Below, piece by piece: positions 13,321 through 58,100 of a stretch of DNA of 64,000 bases. Source of the stretch: Chrysomallon squamiferum (lineage: Eukaryota; Animalia; Mollusca); NCBI GenBank assembly GCA_012295275.1, contig CM022676.1:18786001-18850000 (forward strand), read 5' to 3'. The notes under the pieces were generated by a model, which was not told where the DNA came from, ran no database searches, and was given only the letters and a program-made list of their open reading frames with translations. Numbering within the stretch: position 1 is the first letter of the stretch; the number at the start of each line of letters is the position of its first letter. Both the position numbers and the translations under genes were made by a program.

Positions 13321-14186
13321 TTTCGCAGCCATAGAATCGCTACTCATAAAAGTCGTTGAGATTGTAGCTAACAAGCAGATCTTGTTTTATTTTAAACTTC
13401 TTTTTCATCAATATTCAAACATCGAAAGCGAGACTATCAAGATGTGCGTACTACGTCATCAAACCGTGTTTCTTTAAACAGATTTTTCAAATGGACGGAC
13501 GGACGGGAATGTGTGAAGACTTTGCTGACGTTGTACTCTCCGACGACTCCCAGCAAACATTGCGCGCGGAAACCTCGTGAGAACGAAATGGGTTATTTGC
13601 ACATAGCTAGCACGTGTAACAGCAAATAAGTAGTCTAGTCATTTCAGTAAACCTGTTAACAGAGTACTAACATAGTATAGTATATTATATCATATTCACA
13701 CATATACATACATCCATATATTGCATATATATATATATATACACACACATACATCCATATATTGCATATATATATACACACACATAGATACATAGATACG
13801 TACGTACATATAACACACACACACACATATATACATGCATACATAATACATACATACATAGATGCATAGATACGTACGTGCATACACACACACACACACA
13901 TATATACATACATACATAATACATACATAGATACATAGATACGTACGTACATACAAACACATATATATATACATATATAAATGTTTACATTCATTCATTC
14001 ACAGATACGTAAACATGTAACAAGCGACATGTTGACGAAGCAAAGTAAACAGGCATACGAAAAAAGTTTCGTAATTCAGCAGTTTTCGATATCACGTGAC
14101 ACAGATCAAGTTCTCGTGCACTGAGATTCTTTCTATCCCGTCTTTTATTATCTTTCTCAGTTACTGTTACAGCTGTTTCCAAAAAA

Positions 14187-14218
<32 letters not shown>

Positions 14219-14430
14219 AAAAAAAAGAATAATAAAAGGTTAAAAACAATGATAATAATAATAATAAAATAAAAATAAATATTAAGTAAAAAATCTCGAA
14301 AAAAAGCTAAAAAAATCTACGATAACAATAACAAATAAATACCAAGATAAAAAGAATATATTGTCAACACTAAAGTTTAAAAAAAAAAGAAAAAGATAAT
14401 TTTTTTTTCTGTCAGTGTATAGAAACACGT

Positions 14431-14473
<43 letters not shown>

Positions 14474-14534
14474 AAAGATAGAGGGAATAAAAGTAAGTGA
14501 GCCTGGAACAGAGCTATTAATAGACACAGGGAAC

Positions 14535-14915
14535 AATGAAATGACGTAATATTATTAAACGTTACAAACAGTGCTAAAAATGTAAATGAAATAACACAAA
14601 GTTAGTAAGAGTTGTAATGAAATGACGTAATATTATTAAAAACAATATGTATATATGTGTGTACTTATGTATATACGTGTGTGTGTGTGTGTGTTGGTTT
14701 TATATAACAGAACAAAATGAAATGACGTAACGAGGCCAAAAATGAAAAAAATGACGCAGGGCTAATAGAAGTCGTAATAAAATAACAGTGAAATGACGTA
14801 ACAGAGAAAACGAAATGACGTAACGATGCTAAAAAAAAAATGAAATGACGTAACAGAGAAATTGAAAATGAAATAACGCAAAGCCAGTAAATGTTGTGAT
14901 GATGACGTAATGTTA
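14535..14915. promoter_or_regulatory. Dispersed array of GAAATGACGTAA (CRE/ATF-like bZIP) motifs
   Basis: About seven TGACGTAA copies plus degenerate variants lie in ~380 bp, with divergent spacers. Confidence 0.4.
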
Positions 14916-15611
14916 CTGAAAGTGAAGTTAGAAGTTTTTAACCAGACTTATTCAGCGAAGATGTCAAATGAAAGACGTTCCCAGTGACATTACAAAAACG
15001 TAATTCATTTTCACTTAAAGATATCTTTGAGACTCTTTCATGTCTTTTCCTGTAGCCTCATTTCCGAGAACGGTTGTTCGGTTCGTTCAGTGTTCAGGTT
15101 AGCAGCTCGGCGGTAGATTACGTCAGCAGTGATTTGCACTGACGTCATTCACATCCCGCGGGTTCACACAAGTTGGTTGCTTCTCATCTTCGTGAGTAAA
15201 ACCAACGTGAGATTCTTAAAGTTCAGATTCATCAGTTTCACTTCACTCTCCAGATCTGAACAGCTCCACGCAGAGTGTGGAAGTGAGCAGCAGATGACGG
15301 CATATCTGGATGTGTGACGTCATGTTGATCTTTTCCTTTTCTTGAATGTTGAAGTAGGAGTTATTCGTCTGCTTCTGTAGTTTTTTTTTCGTTTTTTTTC
15401 GGGGATTGGCAAATTTCAAATTCGATCAGCATGTACCTGAACTACATGAATAGGCATCATTCGTCTTGATCAACAGTTTTCAAGCCAAAGGTTAATTAAT
15501 CAGCTCGTCAGATTACGTAAATACTGTGATTCCATGCTTTAGCTGCCTTGAGCCAACGTAGAATCTACAAAATGAACAAATTAATCGCCAAATTAATCCA
15601 TCGGGGTCCTC

Positions 15612-15685
15612 CAAGAACATTCTAGTAAGTCCTGGAACATTCTAGAAAGCCCTAGAACATTCTAGAAAGTCCTGGAACATTGTTC
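15612..15685. promoter_or_regulatory. Tandem 20-bp repeat forming a heat-shock element (nGAAnnTTCnnGAAn) array
   Basis: The sequence gaacattctagtaagtcctg gaacattctagaaagcccta gaacattctagaaagtcctg gaacattgttc contains two perfect GAACATTCTAGAA units. Confidence 0.5.
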
Positions 15686-16699
15686 AAAACATCAGGAATA
15701 CTCAGTGCTAGGAATTTCAAGAATTATAGACTACGTTTTCAAAACCTGACATAAACTCCTCATTAATGCCAAATGTTTACTTGATCTCCGAAAACTGAAA
15801 AAAAAAAAAAAGAAGAAAGAAAAAAGAACATATTATTACATTTTGTTTGTTACATTATATATCAAATAACAGTAACAATACTACTAGTAGTAGTAGTAGT
15901 CGTAGTAGTTGATGTTATAGCAGCAGCAGTGTACTCGTAGCAGCAGCTAGAGTAGTAGTAGTGGCTGCAGTAGAAGTAGTTGTAGTAGTTAAGACGTTTT
16001 TGCTGGATTTGATTTATTTTCTCCGAAATGCAAATTGATCAGTTTTATTTTTTATATTCATTTTGTTGAGCTGTCTAAGATATTTCACGTGTTCTCCACA
16101 GATTTCATTAGAATGCTGTAAACACACAAACAAGCTTTGACTGAAAAAAGAAACCCGTGCATCACTGTTTAGTCATCTGAAGAGTGATTGGTCAGATTCT
16201 GTGAACGGCTTGCATAGACAGGAAATCAATGAGGTGACCGTGTCAGCTGTCAAATTACTTTAATTAAAGTGAGCCGAATTCAACACTTAATAATTAATGT
16301 ATACTGATAAGTCTAATAAAAGGTGATTTTTAATATTTATAACTGAATAATCTGTTATGATACCTTGTAACTTTGTTTACATGTAGCGTACATTCACAAG
16401 TGTATTCAGAAACAAGTGAATTAAACTGTTCTGACCTCTCCATCATGCTTGATGGCGCGTGTTTGCGAAGGAACTATTACGTCACTTCCTGCGTTTAAAG
16501 CAGAACTGCAGTACAGTGGTTCTATTCCTGTCCACGCGCCGTTGAAGAAATTTCCCTTCTAGCTGGTGCGCCGGGATTTAAAAAAATTAATTTTTATTTG
16601 TTGTTTTGTTGTTTTTCAAGTTTACAAACAGGTCCATTGTAAATGTTTTTGGTATAAGCTAGCCTTTAATTAATTAATATATCGTAGAAACACACACAA

Positions 16700-16730
<31 letters not shown>

Positions 16731-16871
16731 TACATACACACATACACAAACAGAGAGGGGGGGAGACAGAAAGACAAACAGAAAGTCTTATAAATGATTG
16801 TATATAGAGATAAGTAGATTAACAGATAAAAATACAAACAGACAGGTAGATGGAGAGAGAGACACAGATGG

Positions 16872-16918
<47 letters not shown>

Positions 16919-17309
16919 CGTCGTCGTCGTCGTTGTTGTTGCAATTAAAGTGGGTCTTTTTATTTCCCTTTTAATTCACGGCTGACATATGTTCATCGGA
17001 CATTATCGTTTTTTATTTTATTTTTATTTATTTTATTTTTATCTTTATTTACCTTCCTTCTTTTTTTGTTTCTTACCTTTTCCTTCTTTTAAATTTTATT
17101 TTTTGATCTATCTATCCATCTATCTATCTATCCATCTAGTTCATTTGTTTTCCTTTTTGTTTTTCTTTTTCACGTCTGCTTGTTACGTTCATACGCCAAA
17201 TGTAAGACACGTAACGATTGCTGCAACAAGGCCACGCCACCTCGCAGCCCAGTGCTCGCTGTACTTGGGTAACGTCGCCCGAACGAAGCCCCCAATCGAA
17301 ACAGTAGCT

Positions 17310-17522
17310 ATGTCGTCTGCCAGTTACTTCGTTCTACTTCTTGTCATCAGCGTAAGTTTAAATTTAACATTTTAAATATTTCTCACAGACGTTTATCAAA
17401 TTTATATCGGTTGTTTTATTTATTTATTTGTTTGTTTGTTTGTTTGTTTGTTTGTTTGTTTGTTCGTTTATTATTATTATTATTTTGTTTGTTATTGTTT
17501 TCTTTTTCTGAAGTAATTTTAG

Positions 17523-17597
<75 letters not shown>

Positions 17598-17739
17598 AAT
17601 AAATAATGATAATAGAAAAGAGTAACATCACAAAATTAATTTATTTTAAACAATTTAATTAGACAGAAAAGGTTTAGGATCTTTCCTATGTTAATTTCTC
17701 TTTTAATTATGCCTACTGTAACGTTTTTGTTTCTACTTC

Positions 17740-17808
<69 letters not shown>

Positions 17809-18153
17809 CGAATAATAATAATAAATATGACAGTAAAACTACAGTAACAGCAAGAACAATAATAAAAATGATTATATTAAGAAGAACTAAAACAGAAACA
17901 ACATCAATAATAATTATTATTAGAATATAATAACAACAATAGTAACAACAAAAAACCCAGCAATACATATATTTTCATCATCATATCATCATCATCATCA
18001 TCATCATCATTGTTATCATTTCTTTGGTTCTTATTACGGGATCAAGGACTTTATCTCTAACAAATAAAATAATAAATTTTAACAATGTTTTTCATTATTT
18101 TCTTTAAAAAAAAACAATAACAAAATAAAAACATAACGTAATAAAAACAGCAA

Positions 18154-18235
<82 letters not shown>

Positions 18236-18629
18236 TATTATTATTAATTTTAATATTTGTTTTATTTGTGGGGGTGTTTTTTTAAATTAATTTACTTCGC
18301 CTCTACGCCGGGTTCGATAGCCACAACTCTATTAACAGATGTTGTTGTTGTTGTTGTTGTTGTTGGTGCTGCTGCTGCTGCTGTATTGATACTTGAAGAG
18401 TGACGTGGTTGGCGGCGAGGACGTCCACGGCAGGAACACGGCGCAGATCGGGAGAGTGGCTAAGAGTTACATGAAATCTGACGAGTTCTGGACTGACGAG
18501 GTTTTCGTTTACACCGTGCTCAAACAGGCCGGCGCCAGAGTCAACTTGTACGTACACTACAACTACGACAACAACCTTAGAAACTAATTCTCTGTACAAC
18601 TTCTGGTACCACTATTATTAGGCCTGCTG

Positions 18630-18666
<37 letters not shown>

Positions 18667-19294
18667 AACTACTACAACTACTACTACAACCACCACTACC
18701 ACTACCGCTACTACTGTTACTACCAATACTTGTATTAGCATACATATTACGACTACTACACTAGTATTACTGCAGGTACTACTGAACAATAATAATAATA
18801 ATAATAATAGTAGTAGTAGTAGTAGTAGTAATAATAATAATAATAATGATGATGATGATGATGATGGTAATCATGATGATGATGGTGATGATGATGACAC
18901 TACTATTTATATTGCTGCTGTTACTAATTCTACTGATGCTATCACTTCTTGTACTATTAACACTAGTGATTCAACTTGCTAGTTTCACTATTACTTCTGT
19001 TACTACTCTTTAAACGAACACAGAAAAACCGACATAACTAAGAACTTTAAACAAGCACTGCTACTACTACTACTACAACTACTACAACTGCTATTATTAT
19101 TACTACTCCTGATACAGCTTCTGTTATTGCTGTTACTCTTTAAATAAACAATGAATAGAAAAACTGACATTACTTAGTATTTTGAAAATTTGTTTTGAAA
19201 ATTTGTTACTTTCCTACTACTATTACTACTACTCCTACTCCTACTACTATTACTACTACTCCTACTCCTACTACTATTATTACTACTCCTACTC

Positions 19295-19340
<46 letters not shown>

Positions 19341-20131
19341 CGCTACTACTTCTAATAGTACTACTACACTTTAAGTAGATATAATGAACAGAAAATATTA
19401 ACATAATTTTGAACATTTCTGCAACACACTGAATTTGTTAATCTGTTGTTTATGCAGAAAACAGGCGACTTATTTCGCCGTCGTTATTGACAAGAATCGG
19501 CTTGTTTTATTGCGAGAGTATAACATAAACACTGCAATCAATGTATCACGTGTCTGTTGTGTTTGACACACGCCTGTGTACGCAACACAAAACTCAAATC
19601 ACTGATTTTATTAACACGCGTGTGAGACCTCGCCATCAGCTCATTTCTTGTAACAACAACAGCACGAATCAGCAATCACACAATGTACGTACACATTCTT
19701 TGTTGTTGTTGTTGTTGTTGAAGTGTTAGCGCTAATATTATTAGTAGTAGTTGTAGTAGTAATAATAATAGTAGTAGAGGTTGTAGTAGTAGAAACAGCA
19801 ATGGTAGTAGCAGAATTAGAAGGAGAAATAACACTTTTTGAAGCAGTAGTAGTAGATAAATAATAGTAGTATTGGTAGTTGAAGTAGAAGTAGTAGTTGT
19901 AGTGATAGTGATAGCTGTAGTAATGGTTGTAGTAGTAACAGCAGCTGTAGTAGTACTAGAAGTAGTAGAAGTAGCTGAAGTAGTTACAATTACAGTAGAG
20001 CCACCATAGTAGTAATGCTAAAAGAGGTAATTGTAGTAGTTGTAGTAGCAGTAGTAGTAGTAGCTTGTTGTTATGATTATGATTATTATTATTATTACTG
20101 ATTATTATTATTATTATTATTGTTGTTATTA

Positions 20132-20199
<68 letters not shown>

Positions 20200-20477
20200 G
20201 CAGACCATTCTCGGCCGAAAGCTGGGGGAATGTTACCCTGTGGGGGGAGGACCGCTGTTGGAAGTATGAAGAACCTGGGGGAGAACCGGCCCAGGTTGGT
20301 GACGTCATCAGCAACTGCACAGCGGTTGGCATAGTAACGGACGTGAACGTGACTACCAGCGTTGTAGACAACACAGTGCAGGAAACAAACATTGGCTTTG
20401 AGGCGGGGAAGTATTACGTCATATGGGTTTACAAGTGTGACGTGCCGGAAAGGTCTGACGAAACAGACCGGAAATGA
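17310..20477 (+). CDS. Small secreted protein (154 aa), NlpC/P60-like fold candidate lacking catalytic residues; paralog B
   Basis: Exons are 17310-17351 (MSSASYFVLLLVIS, GTAAGT), 18399-18547 (GAAG| ... TT|GTACGT) and 20204-20477 (TGCAG|). Intron phases match paralog A. Shared motifs: IGRVAKSY, FVYTVLKQAG, WGN, CWKY, GDVISNCTAVGIV, WVYKC. Confidence 0.8.
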
Positions 20478-21379
20478 GACGTGTTTTACACGTTGTCAGA
20501 GAGACAGACAGCGTTTGAGTATTTTACAGTTAAACAGTAAAAGTCAACTGTTATATTAAAGAACTAAATAACAATGATATCGATTTTGTGTTCTTTTGAA
20601 TGTGTGACAATGTAATACATATCAAATATAGCTGGATGAATTTTTGTGTATTGTTCATACTTAATGATGATGATGATGATGATGATGATGATAGCAAGAA
20701 CAACGACGACGACAACAATAATAAAAATAAAAGTAACTACAACAGTAACAACAACAGTAACAACAAAACAACAGCACCACCAACGATGACAATAACAACA
20801 CTAATAATAATAATAATAATAATAATATTAATAATAATAATAATAATCATCATCATCATCATAATCATAATAATATTAATGATAAAAATAATAATAATAC
20901 ATTAAATATTAATGCATTGGATACGGACTGATGACGATGATGATGATGATGATGGTAGTGGTTATAACAAGACGATACAGATACATTAACTATATCACGA
21001 CAACAACAACAACAACAAAAACTACTACTACTACAATAATAATAATATATTTTTATATGACGGGGAAAAAATGACTTTAAAAGTGATTAAACTGTGAATA
21101 AATATAAAACAGTGACAAACAAATAAACTAAGCATAAAATAAAAATAAAAAAAAAAAAAAAAATAAAAAAGAAGAAGAAGAAGAAGAAGAAGAAAGAAAA
21201 CAAAAGAAATAAAAACACAAGCGCAAACTAAACTGGAATACTTTGACAACGAGAACGACACAATAACACGTATTCATTGACAACACGTTACAGCGGGCTG
21301 TCGGACGCTGCTATCAAGTTTACAGTTGAAGCAATATACTTTATAAGACATTGATTTCGCAAAGAATTTACTGCCTGCT

Positions 21380-21475
21380 CCAAGGTGCACGTTGGCGCGT
21401 GCGAACACGTCACGGTGGCAGCTGCGCGCGAGCGGATACGCGATTAGGACAACAACTTATTGATAAACCCACAAA

Positions 21476-21480
<5 letters not shown>
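21380..21480 (+). promoter_or_regulatory. CpG-rich proximal promoter/5' UTR of the SEL1L3-like gene, with a YY1-type AAAATGGCG at the start codon
   Basis: A local CpG-rich patch (gcgcgtgcgaacacgtcacgg...gcgcgcgagcgg) lies immediately before the ATG at 21476. Confidence 0.45.
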
Positions 21481-40340
<18,860 letters not shown>

Positions 40341-42457
40341 ATAACACACACGGACACAGAACACAGGCCTTGATTTAGATAACAAACACACAGACACAGA
40401 ACACAGGCCTTGATTTAGATAACAAACACACAGACACAGAACACAGGCCTTGATTTAGATAACACACACACAGACACAGAACACAGGCCTTGATTTAGAT
40501 AACAAACACACAGACACAGAACACAGGCCTTGATTTAGATAACACACACACAGACACAGAACACAGGCCTTGATTTAAATAACACACACAGACACAGGAC
40601 ACAGGCCTTGATTTAGATAACAAACACACAGACACAGAACACAGGCCTTGATTTAGATAACAAACACACAGACACAGAACACAGGCCTTGATTTAGATAA
40701 CACACACACAGACACAGAACACAGGCCTTGATTTAGATAACACACACAGACACAGGACACAGGCCTTGATTTAGATAACAAACACACAGACACAGAACAC
40801 AGGCCTTGATTTAGATAACACACACAGACACAGAACACAGGCCTTGATTTAGATAACACACACACAGACACAGAACACAGGCCTTGATTTAGATAACAAA
40901 CACACAGACACAGAACACAGGCCTTGATTTAGATAAACACACACAGACACAGAACACAGGCCTTGATTTAGATAACACACACAGACACAGGACACAGGCC
41001 TTGATTTAGATAACAAACACAGAACACAGGCCTTGATTTAGATAACACACACAGACACAGAACACAGGCCTTGATTTAGATAACACACACACAGACACAG
41101 AACACAGGCCTTGATTTAGATAACATAGACACAGACACAGAACACAGGCCTTGATTTAGATAACACACACACAGACACAGAACACAGGCCTTGATTTAAA
41201 TAACACACACAGACACAGAACACAGGCCTTGATTTAGATAACATAGACACAGACACAGAACACAGGCCTTGATTTAGATAACATAGACACAGACAGAACA
41301 CAGGCCTTGATTTAGATAACATAGACACAGACAGAACACAGGCCTTGATTTAGATAGCACACAGAAACAACACAGTGGTGTCAAAACTGAACCAAAGACA
41401 GTCTACGTCACGTGACTCTGAAAAACTGTTTAAAGATGGCGGCGTCTGCTTTGTTGACTAACTAATTTACCTCTGAATTCCGATGCAGTCAGTTAAAGTA
41501 ATTAGAAACAGATAATTACGAAGTCATCTGCATAAACACATTGTAAGAAGTGCAGAGCTGTTTGAAGTGAAATCCGGGTACAAAAGAGAAATAGAAATTA
41601 TTTTATGAATCGTTTTGACGCGTTTCTGTAAGTGCAACTGTAGTCAAAGATGAGGAAATATTTCAGTTAGTTTTCTAGATTTTAGTCTACATTTTGTTTC
41701 ATAAAAGTATGTCTATTATAAGGAATGGACTGATGATAATGATGATAATTATGATAATGATGACTATGATGATGATGATGATGATGATAACGTTGACGAT
41801 GCCAATGTCAGTTATGATAAATAATTTAATAATGAAATATCAAGAACGATAATTATTAAAAGAAAAAAAAAAAAAAAACAAGAGAAGAAAAAAAATAAAT
41901 ACTTAATTATTATAAGCAATTATGAAGTAAAAATAAAATAAAATAAAATTTAAAAAATTAAGGAAAATTTATTTATTACACCAGTATTCCCACCGCCAAA
42001 GAACAAGAAATGTACTTACATTAATATTTAAATAAACTATATATATCTATATATAATCAGTGGTTTAAATGTTTTGATATCTCTCACTGTAGCTTACTGG
42101 TCGCAGTTTAATATGATAAAATTGTACAAAGTGAAATTATGTGTCGTTGTAAATAAATTAATGAGAATAAATGTTTGAAAACAATTCCATGTGTGTTTGT
42201 GAAATATTGTAAACATCTGACAGAAACGACATGAAATACATTGTTTGTGCGCATGTGCGTGTGTATATATATGTGTGTGTGTGTGTGTGCCTCTGTGTAT
42301 TTCTGTGTGTTTGTGTGTGTGCGTGTATATATATGTGTGTGAAGAAAGAAAAAGAAAGTGAGACTAAAGGGAGATAGAAAGAAAGACAGAAAGAGAAAAC
42401 AGAGTAGGTAACTTCAGTATTTTTGTGTCAGTGAATGTTTGTAAGTTTTCACACAAA

Positions 42458-42496
<39 letters not shown>

Positions 42497-42593
42497 AACG
42501 TGGCTCATGCTGTGTAGACTTTTTCGAACGGTCCTCTACGTGAACCTGTAATGGAGTCCATCTTGCAGACGAAATGACGAGGTTTGTACAAAG

Positions 42594-54991
<12,398 letters not shown>

Positions 54992-55093
54992 TTATTCAGT
55001 GTGGTGCTGACAGCTGTACACTTTGAGTTCTGAAGTAGGTCAACATGACCATTGAAAATTTTATGCAGGCAGAAATTGAAAAAAAAAAAAATA

Positions 55094-55140
<47 letters not shown>

Positions 55141-58100
55141 GAAAACATCTGTTTCTCCGAATTTTACAGAAACATTCAACAATGATAATAAAGAAAAATC
55201 AGATATATGAGAACAAGTTATTATTTTTAATGTATCAATCTGTTAAAATGTTCTGAAGGAATTTCCCTGTCAATGTTGTGGATATAAATAAATTTTTTGT
55301 TTTTCTTTTAGAGTTAGTTTTTTTTGTGTTTCTTTGCTTTCTTTTAGAATAATTAATTCTGGCAAAAAAGAATAAATGAATGCATGAATGACAATAATGA
55401 TAAATAAATAAATAAATAAATAGGTAAATAAATAAATTAGGAATTAAGTAAAATAAAATAAAATAGCGAATGACATAAACTGTGGACAGATATCTTCACT
55501 GTCTGTGCGTGTGTCTGTACGACAAATTACAAAAGTAAAATCTACAATAAAAACAAATAATTATGTTTAATGTATGTATCAAAGATGTTTTATTTGACAT
55601 ATAAATAAAACTATTAAAAAAAGAAACAAAACACAATAATAAAAAAAAAAAAAAAAAAACACAAAAGTTTCTGTCTACACATTCTTCAGTACTTGAAATG
55701 CTGTAGTTTGATGATTGTGAAGTAAACTTCCTAAACAGACTTTAACAACAGATGATTCACACCACTGTGTGTAATGAGATGATTCAACTAATCATCATTT
55801 CAAATTATTTATCATCATCAACAAGATGATCTGTAAGGTAATGGAAAGAATGATTAATGACATAATCATTTGAAATAATAAATGACACACAAACTGACCT
55901 TCGCAGTAACACTCCATCATTTCAAATGATAGATGATAAAAGTAAAATGATTAAATAATAACAAAAAGTGAGTTGACTGTCAGGAAATGAGATTCTGTTT
56001 TGAAAAGAAAAAAATCCTTTTACCACATTACACAGTCACACATTGCAGTCACAAATTACAGTCACACATGAGTATTCATAACTTCCTCAGCTGTTTGTGA
56101 AAATGTCACTTCAGTCACTTTGTTCACAAGTTCAGCTGACACACTTTCATGCATTAAAAAATCCTTCAATAACATTACACAGTGCAGGCCACACATTTAA
56201 ACAATTTTTTTGTTTTGTTTTCTATCCTCCTTGGGATGTCCCAACTATGAAATAAGATGGTAACATTCAAACTATAGAAATATATTGGCTTTTTTTAATT
56301 GGATATTTTAATAAACAACCTCTGGCTTACCACTGGTTTTAAACTTGCACTACATTGTATTATTTATTTATTTTATTTATTTATTTACTCTTTTACTGCG
56401 GAAAAAAAAAAAAGAGAAAAGAAGAGAAAAGAAGAGAAATGATTTTATGTAGTGCAGTTAGTCACACAAATAACCACGTTGGAATCAGTGGAAAGTTTTG
56501 TTTTTAAATTGTCTGTTCATTGGTAAGTCTTTATGTTACATTACTCTTACACATGTCAGTCTACAGCAGTTTTACCATCTCACCACTGAGCACAAAATAG
56601 TTTTATACGTGCATCTTGTAACACTGATAACTGATCATTTCCTTCAACACCAGCCACACCTTATTACAGTGATACCACACGTTATTACAGTGATACCACA
56701 CTTTATTACACTGATACCACACATATTTGACAGGTATCGAGTATTCAAAACAGGAGTCCACACATAAAGATGAATTTTTCATCAGTGTTCTAAATTTTGC
56801 GTAAGATAAATCAGGTCTCTGGACCCGGTGACAAGGATCTGGCATGTTTTTCAAGAAGAGGTGAGAATCTCTGGTGTAGATGTTTGAGAAGATTCTTACT
56901 TAATGCAAGTCTCACTGAGTGGAAGATGCTGTCTCCGCATCTCCTCTGCTGTACAGCTGTGTCAGGACACAAGACTATTTGTCTGCTGTGATTCAAAACA
57001 AAACGTGAGTACACTAACAAACTAAATAACAGTATTATTTCCATATAGGAAGAACTGTGATACAGAGAGCAAGAGAAAGGATGTACTAGATGCAGCGAAA
57101 CCAGAAGCTGTTAAAAGATTTAGTGTACCAGCCATGACTGAATAATTATCTAAACAATCTGTAGTATCGAAATTTAGCTCTAACCAGCAGCTGGAAAGAA
57201 TCCTTCCTTCAAATCCAGCAAGATCCTGTGTAGTGACGGATGTCTTTGTTAATAAGATACGATACTCAACATTTCTCACTTCACGTCAGGCTACACATCC
57301 AGGTATTGCAGTTCATAGCTGTGTCATCATGAGAGGTCAGTGATTACATGTATCAAGTGGTACACTTTTGTACCTCGTATCTCTGACTGTGTGTGGGTTT
57401 CAAATTTGAGTCACTGAAGCAGTTCTACACATCACTGAGGTAAGCAGAAGTTTAGAAACTTAGTGATCAGAACATCAGTGACTGTAAAATGTACAAACAT
57501 CCAGTAACATCTACACAAAGTCAGATGATTAAATTTGTGAATTGTCTAATCAATACTGCACTGAAATACAGCTAAAATCAGAGCAGAAAATATTTGTAAA
57601 CTTCTGTAATGGTTTAAATTCACTAGGTGATGTTGCTATTTGCATGTAACATCTGAATATGTTACTACAGTTGATTTGTTAATAAAAAAAATACTTGATA
57701 TGGTGGAAACTCAAACATTTACTTGACAAACATTACCTGAATCATTAAGTTATCTAATCTTGTCATACTTAGTACATTTTAAGTGTTAGTAAATAGAGAA
57801 AACAGGCTGGGTATACTTCAGACAACTGCTGAACAACAACTGTGCGTCACACACCTATGATCTTCATGTCACACCTTTGGTAACAGCCACACCCTTTGCA
57901 TGTTATCATCAGAATAATGACCCCTGCTGAGCTTTTAAAGAGGACAAGAAAATTACCTTGATCAGTAATTTATCTTACTAGTACAATACAAATAATCAAA
58001 TATTAACTGTGCAGCTAATGTTAATGGTTTGGCGTTTATAAAACTGAATGACTTATATTAAAAGTAATGCAACTTAATGAGACGCCAATGAACAGTGTAA

